Positions 1 through 7,544 of a stretch of DNA of 64,000 nucleotides are shown here, one piece after another. The notes under the pieces are model-generated. The model made no database searches and was not told where the DNA came from. It was given only the letters and a program-made list of their open reading frames with translations. Both the position numbers and the translations under genes were made by a program. Location of the stretch: assembly GCA_963667845.2 (NCBI GenBank), contig CAXXVL010000002.1, positions 128,001 through 192,000 on the forward strand, given 5' to 3'. How positions within the stretch are numbered: the stretch's first letter is position 1; each line of letters starts with the position of its first letter. The stretch comes from Smithellaceae bacterium. GTDB taxonomy: Bacteria; Desulfobacterota; Syntrophia; Syntrophales; Smithellaceae.

Positions 1-319
1 GAATCACGACGCCGCGCTCCCTTGCCTGCGCCGCCAGGTCCTGCTGCCAGGTTTTGCGATCCAGCATCCACAGCGGCCGATGATGGCCGAGCGCAAACGG
101 ATAGGACTCGCGACCGGTGAGGACAATTTCATCCACGGGGCGAAGCAATCCCCGGCCCGGCCGGGGCATGATCCGGAGCGAATCGAAGATGCATTCGCCG
201 CAGACGATGCCCTCCCCGACGCATCGTTTTTCAAAAAGGTCAACCCGGATGTTTCGTCCTGCCGCCGCGAGCGCCGCATAGAGGCCGCCGGGCCCTGCTC
301 CGATGATGGCAATTTTCAT
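1..319 (-). CDS. FAD-dependent oxidoreductase, geranylgeranyl-reductase-like (5' part; runs off window start)
   Basis: Not in ORF track. Hand translation of the minus strand from ATG at 319: MKIAIIGAGPGGLYAALAAAGRNIRVDLFEKRCVGEGIVCGECI...WMLDRKTWQQDLAAQARERGV (Rossmann GxGxxG, CGE motif). ATGA overlap with the stop of the upstream gene. Confidence 0.8.
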   Translation of the reverse strand, partial: MKIAIIGAGPGGLYAALAAAGRNIRVDLFEKRCVGEGIVCGECIFDSLRIMPRPGRGLLRPVDEIVLTGRESYPFALGHHRPLWMLDRKTWQQDLAAQARERGVVI

Positions 320-651
320 AGCTTTGTTTTTGGTCTTTTAAATTTTTTCAGGAGGTGGCGAAAGGCCAGGACCGGATGGGACCGCAGCATCCGCGGCCCG
401 GCATAACGCATCACCTGCTGCATTTGCACTCGGCGCTGGGGTTTGTAACAGTGCCGAGGACATGCCGCACACGTCGGTTTGTCTTCCGCATAAGGACATT
501 TGCGAAGCCTTGCTTTGGCATAGGCGAGGAGTTCCCTGCACGGCAGACATACTTCTGCGGTATCGGTCTGATGCAACTCGCGGCAATATAGATCAATCAT
601 GGCTGTGATCGTCTGATATTCTTCTTGCAGGTATTTAGCGGGCAGCACCAT
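316..651 (-). CDS. YgbA / nitrous-oxide-stimulated promoter family Cys-rich protein
   Basis: MIDLYC...CLPCRELLAYAKARLRKCPYAEDKPTCAACPRHCYKP...VMRYAGPRML...HP pattern. Start at ATG 651, preceded by AAGGAG. Confidence 0.85.
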   Translation of the reverse strand: MVLPAKYLQEEYQTITAMIDLYCRELHQTDTAEVCLPCRELLAYAKARLRKCPYAEDKPTCAACPRHCYKPQRRVQMQQVMRYAGPRMLRSHPVLAFRHLLKKFKRPKTKL

Positions 652-1444
652 CGTCTCCTTCCAAAAACCTGTCGGCGCGCCGGACTTCCTCAACAAACCG
701 CCGGACTTTCTTCATATCTTTTTTAAACCGGACCGGTTGGCCGTTTTTGTCCACGGCATTGGTCTTCGTGCAGCTGTCTACGCCGGCCGGCCGCAGTGTG
801 ACCACGGCTTCAAAGACATTTTCTGCGGAAAGACCGCCCGCGAGGATGACCGGAATGGGACTTTTTTCAATCACAGCTTTGGCCAGCGTCCAGTCGCAGA
901 CGCAGCCCGTAATTCCCACATAACCCGCAACCGGCTGCGGGGCAAAACTTTCCGGCCGGCCGATCAGCGTGTCGATGAGGAAATAGTCTGAAAACGGTGC
1001 GAAGAGTTCGGCAAAATGAAGGATATTTTTCAAAATCACATCCCCGTCAGGCAGGCCGGGTTCGGGAATGGAAAGCGAACGCATGATTTCGATCTGCGGA
1101 AACCGGTCTTTCACATCCACCTGCAGAGACGTGAGCGCGTCGAATTCACGCACGACCGTGGCCTTATCCCCCGGGAAAGGGGAAAGCGCTTCACAAAAAT
1201 GAACAAAGTCCGGCTGATAGTAATCAATCGCCTGGAATATCTTTACGGGGTCCTTCATGATCGGAATGAGACCGCTTTTGGCCCCCGCCTGCCTCGCGGC
1301 CTGCATCGTTTTACGAATCGCTGTGCTCTTCCATTTGTCCTGATCAACAAGCACGCTCCCGATGTGGTCCACGCCCAAGTTGACCAAGGCTTCGGCTTCC
1401 TTCGATTTTTGCACTTCATAAATCTGGATGATGGTTTTTTGCAT
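635..1444 (-). CDS. Phosphoribosylanthranilate isomerase (TrpF)-like TIM-barrel protein
   Basis: FLIDT, GITG..CDW, PVILAGGLSAENV and PAGVDS motifs of the PRAI fold; the N-terminal KICG is replaced by QIYE. Confidence 0.7.
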   Translation of the reverse strand: MQKTIIQIYEVQKSKEAEALVNLGVDHIGSVLVDQDKWKSTAIRKTMQAARQAGAKSGLIPIMKDPVKIFQAIDYYQPDFVHFCEALSPFPGDKATVVREFDALTSLQVDVKDRFPQIEIMRSLSIPEPGLPDGDVILKNILHFAELFAPFSDYFLIDTLIGRPESFAPQPVAGYVGITGCVCDWTLAKAVIEKSPIPVILAGGLSAENVFEAVVTLRPAGVDSCTKTNAVDKNGQPVRFKKDMKKVRRFVEEVRRADRFLEGDDGAAR

Positions 1445-1530
1445 GGAAAACTCATATCATGCGAGCGGACTCCGATCAAGACTTTGCCCTGTGTTTTTTC
1501 CTGCCTGGCAACCTCTCCCAAAAAAGCGGC

Positions 1531-1559
1531 TTGCATTTATCCGCGATTCACTCAATAAT
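1531..1559 (+). promoter_or_regulatory. Putative sigma70 promoter of the reductase/dehydratase operon
   Basis: TTGCAT-17 nt-AATAAT, about 40 bp upstream of ATG 1598. Confidence 0.35.
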
Positions 1560-1597
1560 CGGCGCCATCAGATCAGCAAACAGGGGGAGTTATACGC

Positions 1598-2743
1598 ATG
1601 ACAGTCATGAAACAGATCGAAGAACTTTATAATGAAAGGGGCCGGCGCGCCAAAGAGCTGCATAATGCGGGCGAAAAAATCATCGGCTACTTCTGCTGCT
1701 TTGTGCCCGACGAGATCATCACGGCACTCGGCATGATCCCGTACCGCATCCAGGGCAGCCAGAGCGAGCCCATCGATGAAGCCGACGCGCTTTTGGAGCC
1801 GATGGCCTGCCCATTTGCGCGCAGTTGTTTCAACATGGCGCTAAAAGGCGAATACGATTTCCTGGACGGGTTCGTCGCTCCGCACAGCTGCGATACCATC
1901 GAGCGGATGTACCACATCTGGCACAGCAACAAGCCCGCGCCGTTTAATCACATGATCAATGTGCCGCACATGCTGGGTCCGTCGTCCTCCGAATTCTACA
2001 AAAATGAGCTGCAATATTTCATTCATCGCCTGGAAGATTTTGCCGGCCGGAAACTGGATGACGCCAAACTTAAGGATGCCATAAAACTTTACAATCGCCG
2101 CCGTGCCCTGCTCCGGGAACTCTACGACCTGCGCAAGGAGAATCCGCCGCGCGTCAGCGGAACGGAGATCACCAAGGTCCTGGTGGCGGGAATGGGTATC
2201 CCGGGTGCGGAACATATCGAACTGGTGAAGGCATTCATTGACGAAGTCAAAAAGCGCCCCGCCGCGAAGTCTTCCGGCCTGCCGCGCATTTTTTTGTGGG
2301 GCAACGAGATTGACGACGCGGCGTTCATCACGCTTGTCGAGGAATGCGGCGCGCACGTCGTGATGGATGATTTGTGCACCGGAACGCGGGCGTTCTGGGA
2401 GAATACCCCCGAAACCGCCGATCCGCTGGACGGTCTCACGGCGCGTTACATCGGCACGCACTGCCCCAGAAGCCTCTCGCCGCAGCAAGGCAATCGCAAA
2501 GAGGATCTGGAAAACCGCTTTGGCTATATGAGGGAGTTTATCGCCGAATGGCAGGCCAGCGGCGCGATTTTTTATATCGTCCGCTACTGCGACACCTGTG
2601 AGCTCGAGGGTCCGGATCTGCGAGAATACCTGACCGACCTGAAGCTGCCGGTGCTGATGATCGAGGATGACTATTCGACATCAACCATCGGACAGTTGAG
2701 AACACGCATTCAGGCCTTTTTAGAAATGATTTCGACTTCGTAA
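1598..2743 (+). CDS. 2-hydroxyacyl-CoA dehydratase / benzoyl-CoA reductase subunit (HgdB/BcrC/BzdN family)
   Basis: IGYFCCFVPDEII, CPFARS, HSCDT, DDLCTG, YCD and GQLRTRIQAFLEM motifs. Confidence 0.85.
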   Translation: MTVMKQIEELYNERGRRAKELHNAGEKIIGYFCCFVPDEIITALGMIPYRIQGSQSEPIDEADALLEPMACPFARSCFNMALKGEYDFLDGFVAPHSCDTIERMYHIWHSNKPAPFNHMINVPHMLGPSSSEFYKNELQYFIHRLEDFAGRKLDDAKLKDAIKLYNRRRALLRELYDLRKENPPRVSGTEITKVLVAGMGIPGAEHIELVKAFIDEVKKRPAAKSSGLPRIFLWGNEIDDAAFITLVEECGAHVVMDDLCTGTRAFWENTPETADPLDGLTARYIGTHCPRSLSPQQGNRKEDLENRFGYMREFIAEWQASGAIFYIVRYCDTCELEGPDLREYLTDLKLPVLMIEDDYSTSTIGQLRTRIQAFLEMISTS

Positions 2744-2847
2744 AAAACCCATATGCGACGTTGCGCTGCAGCCTCAGTTGCTGCGGCGTACATCAAAAGT
2801 ACGCCTCACACCGTCGGCTTTGCGCGCCTTGCCTCTGGATTTTTTAC
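2740..2847. repeat. Long imperfect palindromic intergenic repeat, family A copy 1
   Basis: Core GCGGCGTA-N8-TACGCCTC with TTTGCGCGCCTTGCCTCTG; similar to 4197-4316 and 33953-34078. Confidence 0.85.
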
Positions 2848-2896
2848 AAAGCCTTTAAAAGGGCAAAAACAATTTTGTTTATTCAATGAGGGGACT

Positions 2897-4195
2897 ATGG
2901 AACAAACTCAACAAGTCAAAACCACCGCTGTAAAGGGGACGGACACGGCGCGAGAAGTGCGCGGACTGGTAAAGAACATTTACAAAAGCGCCCATGAGGC
3001 CAGAGACAAGGGGCAGAAAGTCGCCTACATGATGGTCGCGTCCCAGTATGATGAAATTCTGCGCGCGATGGATGTCGTGCCGCTGCCGACCGAAAACTAT
3101 GCGGGCCTCTGTGCCGCCAAGCGCGACATGGACCGCTTTCTTCTGAAAGCCGAAGCGGACGGTTATTCGCAGGTGCTCTGCAGCTACGCGCGCATCGGCC
3201 TCGGGTTCGACAGCCTGCGCAAGGAACTGGGGCATATCCCCGAAGGCAGCCCCGACGGCGGCATGCCCGTGCCGGACATGATGCTGGGGAGCTCGGCCGT
3301 GTGCGATCCGCGCTTCAAGTGGTATCAGGCCACCAGCCGTTACCTGGAGGTTCCCACCTTCGGCATGGACGTGGTCGCGCCTCCGCCGCAGGATGATTTA
3401 AACGAGGTCCGCGACTACTACATCAAATACCAGCGCGACCAGTTGAAAGGTTTGATTGAATTCCTGGAAAAGCAAACCGGCAAAAAGATGGATCCCGAAC
3501 GCCTCTGGGAGGCGATCCGCCTGGGCGACAAAGCCTGGCAGCTCTGGTACGACATCGACCGGCTGCGCGTCGCCGTCCCCTGCCCCATGCCGTCCCAGGA
3601 TCATTTCAGCATCATGGTCGCCGGCCACTATTACAGCGGCACGCAGGTTGCCGTGGATTTCTATCAAAAGCTCTATGACGAAGTGAAATACAAGGTTGAG
3701 CACAAAATCGGCGTGATCCCGGATGAGAAATACCGCATCCTCTACGGCGGCGGTCTGCCGCCCTGGCACACACTCTGGATCTTCAATTACTTTGAAAGTT
3801 TCGGCGCGGTGTTTGTGATTGAAAACGTCTACCGCGGCTACGATCCGGTCGAAGTCCCCGCGCACGTGAAAGACCCGGTGGATTACCTCGCCTGGCGGGC
3901 GTTTCTGCGCTTCACGCGCTACCACGAAAAAGCCCGCGCCCGCAGCGGCAACCCCATCGTGGAGAAATTGCTGGGCCTGATCGAGGATTACAAAATCGAC
4001 GGCGTCGTTTTCCACGCCTGCCGCTCCTGCCGTGCAACGACGATCGGGCAGGTGCATATCAAAAGCGAACTGGGGAAATATTCGACCCTGCCGATGATGC
4101 AGCTCGTCTCCGACATGGTCGATTTGCGGGACTACTCGGAAGCGCAGTGGAAGGCGCAGATCGGGGCATTCATTGAAGCCCTGCAGGCACGCTAA
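2897..4195 (+). CDS. 2-hydroxyacyl-CoA dehydratase / benzoyl-CoA reductase subunit (HgdA/BcrB/BzdO family)
   Basis: ENYAGLCAAK, LCSYARIG, AVCDPRFKWY, DGVVFHACRSC. Start ATG 2897 after GAGGGG; the ORF-track extension from 2753 reads through the repeat. Confidence 0.85.
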   Translation: MEQTQQVKTTAVKGTDTAREVRGLVKNIYKSAHEARDKGQKVAYMMVASQYDEILRAMDVVPLPTENYAGLCAAKRDMDRFLLKAEADGYSQVLCSYARIGLGFDSLRKELGHIPEGSPDGGMPVPDMMLGSSAVCDPRFKWYQATSRYLEVPTFGMDVVAPPPQDDLNEVRDYYIKYQRDQLKGLIEFLEKQTGKKMDPERLWEAIRLGDKAWQLWYDIDRLRVAVPCPMPSQDHFSIMVAGHYYSGTQVAVDFYQKLYDEVKYKVEHKIGVIPDEKYRILYGGGLPPWHTLWIFNYFESFGAVFVIENVYRGYDPVEVPAHVKDPVDYLAWRAFLRFTRYHEKARARSGNPIVEKLLGLIEDYKIDGVVFHACRSCRATTIGQVHIKSELGKYSTLPMMQLVSDMVDLRDYSEAQWKAQIGAFIEALQAR

Positions 4196-4196
4196 C

Positions 4197-4316
4197 GGCT
4201 TTGGAAAATTCGTCATATGCGGCGTTGCGCTGCAGCCTGTGTCGTTGCGGCGTATACAAAGATACGCCTCACTCCGCAGGCTTTGCGCGCCTTGCCTCTG
4301 ACGCTTTTGCAAAGCC
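4197..4316. repeat. Long imperfect palindromic intergenic repeat, family A copy 2
   Basis: Nested inverted arms GGCTTTG/CAAAGCC, CGTCA/TGACG, AGCCT/AGGCT, GCGTA/TACGC. Confidence 0.85.
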
Positions 4317-4358
4317 TTAATCTTCTGAAGAAAAGACAAAGGAGAAAAAATAACATTT

Positions 4359-5189
4359 ATGCCGTTTGCCGGAATTGATATCGGGTCCACGATGACAAAA
4401 GTGGTGATTGTGGATGAAAAAGAAAAGATACTGGCTTCCCACATCGGGCCGACCGGCGCGGAGCACCGGCATCTCGCGCTGAAAGTCACTGAAGACACTC
4501 TTGCCAAGGCGGCGCTCGGATTTGAAAGCCTCGATTTCATCGTCGCGACGGGTTACGGCCGCATCAATGTTCCGTTTGCCGACAAGCAGATCACCGAAAT
4601 CACCTGCCACGCGCGGGGCATCCGTTCCCTGTTTCCCTCCGCTAAAATCATCATCGACATCGGCGGGCAGGATTCCAAAGGGATCAAGCTCGATGCCGAA
4701 GGCAAAGTCGCGAACTTCGTGATGAACGACAAGTGCGCCGCCGGAACGGGACGCTTTCTGGAAGTGATCGCCGAAACGCTCGGCATCAACCTGGTGGATA
4801 TGGGCGACATCTCACTCAAGGCCAATGGCTTTGTCCAAATTTCCAACATGTGCACAGTCTTTGCCGAGCACGAAGTGACGTCGCGCCTGTCCGAAGGCGC
4901 GGGCGTGGCCGAGATTGTCGCAGGACTGCATGAAGCCATTGCCGGGCGGGTCGTCAACATGGCGCGCCACCTGGGCATCGAGAAGGACGTGGTCGTCACC
5001 GGGGGAGGTGCAAAGAATGCCGGACTCGTCCGGGCCATTGAAGGCAAAGTTGGATTTCCGGTGCTGACACCGCCGGAACCTTTCATCACCGGCGCGCTCG
5101 GCGCGGCGCTGGTCGGCAAGGATTTTTACGACCGCGGCGTAAGACCCACGAAACAACGAACACGGGAAGATGTTAAATTTTTCACATAG
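4359..5189 (+). CDS. ATP-dependent activase, ASKHA family (HgdC / BcrA-D / BzdQ-like)
   Basis: GIDIGST, ATGYGR, EITCHARG, IDIGGQDSK, NDKCAAGTGRFLE, CTVFAE, TGGGAKN. Confidence 0.9.
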   Translation: MPFAGIDIGSTMTKVVIVDEKEKILASHIGPTGAEHRHLALKVTEDTLAKAALGFESLDFIVATGYGRINVPFADKQITEITCHARGIRSLFPSAKIIIDIGGQDSKGIKLDAEGKVANFVMNDKCAAGTGRFLEVIAETLGINLVDMGDISLKANGFVQISNMCTVFAEHEVTSRLSEGAGVAEIVAGLHEAIAGRVVNMARHLGIEKDVVVTGGGAKNAGLVRAIEGKVGFPVLTPPEPFITGALGAALVGKDFYDRGVRPTKQRTREDVKFFT

Positions 5190-5326
5190 CAAAAGGCCTT
5201 GCCGCCCGCAGCGGTGGTCTTGAATCGTGTCCCGGGCCGGCGGATGTGGATATAGCAGGGACTGACGCGTGACCTTTAGGTTATCCCCGAGCAGTCCGAA
5301 ATACGAGCGGCAATACCAAGGTATCT

Positions 5327-6115
5327 ATGAAAGACACCATAAAATATTACGCCGGGCTCGACATGGGCTCCGTTTCCATCAAAGCGGCGCTGATCAGCGA
5401 AAAACAGCTCATTGCTTCGAGCCTCATTGCTTCCGGCGGCAATTACAAAAACGGTGCAAAGAAGGTGATGGACGATGTATTGTCGCATGCCGCCATTTCT
5501 TTTGATCAACTCGCGGGGCTGGTCGTCACGGGGCTGGGCGCGGAAAGCGCGCCATTTGCCGGGCGGCAGGTATCCGACATTTCCTGCCAGGCCAAAGGCT
5601 GCCACTGCCTCTTCCCCTCGGCGCGGACCATCATCGACATCGGTGGACAGTTTTCCAAGGCCGCAAGAATCACGCCCGAGGGGCGAATTGCCGATTTCCT
5701 GATGAGTGAAAAATGCGCCACCGGGTCCGGGCGTTTTTTGCAGGTCATTTCCCGCATCCTGCACGTTCCGCTCGATGAAATCGGACCGCTTTCCCTGCAG
5801 TCGGAAAACCCTGTCGAATTTTCCACCAACTGCGCCGTGTTTGCCGAATCGGAAACGATTTCGCGAATTGCCGAAGGCGCAAAGCCCGCGGACATTCTGG
5901 CCGGGGTCCACCGGGCCATGGCCGCAAAGGTCGGCATGCTGGTCAAAAGACTGAAACTTACACCGGATGTCGTACTGACGGGCGGCGGCGGAGAAGACGC
6001 GGGGCTTACGCAGGCAATCGGCCTCGCGCTGAAAACAAAGATTCTGGTACCGGACCATCCCAGGCTCACCGCTGCCTTTGGCGCCGCCTGCCTGGCCGCG
6101 GAGGATCAAAACTAA
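5327..6115 (+). CDS. Second ATP-dependent activase subunit (BcrD / BzdP-like)
   Basis: GLDMGS, TGLG, IDIGGQ, SEKCATGSGRFL, CAVFAESE, TGGG. Confidence 0.85.
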   Translation: MKDTIKYYAGLDMGSVSIKAALISEKQLIASSLIASGGNYKNGAKKVMDDVLSHAAISFDQLAGLVVTGLGAESAPFAGRQVSDISCQAKGCHCLFPSARTIIDIGGQFSKAARITPEGRIADFLMSEKCATGSGRFLQVISRILHVPLDEIGPLSLQSENPVEFSTNCAVFAESETISRIAEGAKPADILAGVHRAMAAKVGMLVKRLKLTPDVVLTGGGGEDAGLTQAIGLALKTKILVPDHPRLTAAFGAACLAAEDQN

Positions 6116-6132
6116 AATTTCCGGAGGCGACA

Positions 6133-7431
6133 ATGAACGAAAACAACACCAGTCCGAAAGAATCCTCTGAACTGAAAACCGGCGGCTGGCGGGCGCATTA
6201 TGTCCTCGTTGTCTGCACCCTCCTTTACATCATTAATTACATGGACCGGCAGGTCTTCTCCGTTATTCTTCAGCCGATGAAGATCGACCTGGGATTAACG
6301 GACGCGCAGTGCGGCCTGGCTTCCACAGTGCTGATCTTCGGCATGGCGTTTTTTTCCTTTCCTATTGCCTACCTGATTGACCGCTGGAGCCGCAGGAAGG
6401 CAGTCGCCCTGATGGCCGTCCTGTGGAGCATTGCCACGTTTGTCACGGGACTTGCGAAAAGCTTTACCGGCGTTTTGATTCCCCGTTTTTTTGTGGGCCT
6501 GGGTGAGGCCGGATTTGTCCCCGGCGGCACGGCCATGATCAGCGCTTCTTATCCCAAAGAACGGCGCGGCTGGGCCATGGGCATTTTCCATATCGCCATC
6601 CCCCTGGGCGCGGCAGCCGGCGTCATTCTGGGCGGCATCATTTCCGTCAAATACGGCTGGCGGACGCCTTTTCTTTTCTTTGCCGTCCCCGGCGTGATCC
6701 TGGGCATTCTGGCCTTCTTTATGAAAGATTATAAAACCGCAGAACGTCCCGATACTGCCGGCGGCATCAAGGGATTTTTTATCGCGCTCATCGATGTTTT
6801 AAAACTGCCGACCATGCGCTGGTATTATCCGGGATTGGGCATTGCGGTCTTTATGACCTCGTCGTTTCTGGTCTGGCTGCCGAGCCTGATGATGCGCACG
6901 CTGCACATCACCGAGGCAACCGCCGGGATGATCACCGGCGGCATAGGACTGACAGCGATCATCGGCGCGCCGCTGGGCGGCTTCCTCGCCGATTTCTGGC
7001 AGAAGAAAAACCCGCGGGGACGGATGTATATCCCGGTGGTAGCCTACATTTTCGGCGGTTCGATGCTGATTGCGGCAGTGCTCACGCATTTCAGCTATCT
7101 GGGTATCGCGTTTGCCGCCCTGTTCGGAATCGCTTCGGCGATGGCGATGCCGGCGATCGCCGCCATCTCACAGGATGTCGTGCCGGTGGCGCACAAAGGG
7201 CTTTCCATGGGGCTCGCGATCTTCGCCCAATACATGCTGGGCGGCGCCTGGGGACCCTATATCGTCGGGTTTGTCTCCGACCGGCTGGGCGGCGGCGCCG
7301 AGGGCCTGGGCACGGCCTTCATGCTTTGCGGACTCTTCGGTATTGCGGCGGGCATTCTCTTTTTCATCGCGTCACGCACTTATCCTGCTGATTTGCAGAA
7401 GGTAAAGGACGAAACGATTCTCGCAGAATAG
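6133..7431 (+). CDS. MFS transporter (spinster / anion:cation symporter-like)
   Basis: NYMDRQ, LIDRWSRRK motif A, RFFVGLGEAG; multiple hydrophobic segments. Confidence 0.9.
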   Translation: MNENNTSPKESSELKTGGWRAHYVLVVCTLLYIINYMDRQVFSVILQPMKIDLGLTDAQCGLASTVLIFGMAFFSFPIAYLIDRWSRRKAVALMAVLWSIATFVTGLAKSFTGVLIPRFFVGLGEAGFVPGGTAMISASYPKERRGWAMGIFHIAIPLGAAAGVILGGIISVKYGWRTPFLFFAVPGVILGILAFFMKDYKTAERPDTAGGIKGFFIALIDVLKLPTMRWYYPGLGIAVFMTSSFLVWLPSLMMRTLHITEATAGMITGGIGLTAIIGAPLGGFLADFWQKKNPRGRMYIPVVAYIFGGSMLIAAVLTHFSYLGIAFAALFGIASAMAMPAIAAISQDVVPVAHKGLSMGLAIFAQYMLGGAWGPYIVGFVSDRLGGGAEGLGTAFMLCGLFGIAAGILFFIASRTYPADLQKVKDETILAE

Positions 7432-7463
7432 ACGTGAGGGCAGGCTCGCCACCCGCAGGGTGG

Positions 7464-7523
7464 TCGCGGACCTACCCCGAAGATCTGCAGAAAGTGAAGC
7501 ATGAGACGATTCTGGCTGAATAA
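7464..7523 (+). pseudogene. Relic 3' end of an MFS homologue
   Basis: Encodes SRTYPEDLQKVKHETILAE*, versus SRTYPADLQKVKDETILAE* at 7372-7431; most differences are synonymous. Confidence 0.8.
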
Positions 7524-7544
7524 ATGAGCCGCGGAGAAACATCT

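Noticed and set aside
2753..2896. N-terminal extensions in the ORF track (also 31999-32115, 34067-34186, 56007-56099)
   Set aside because: They translate intergenic repeats or promoter DNA; downstream ATGs fit the family N-termini better, mostly with a clear RBS.
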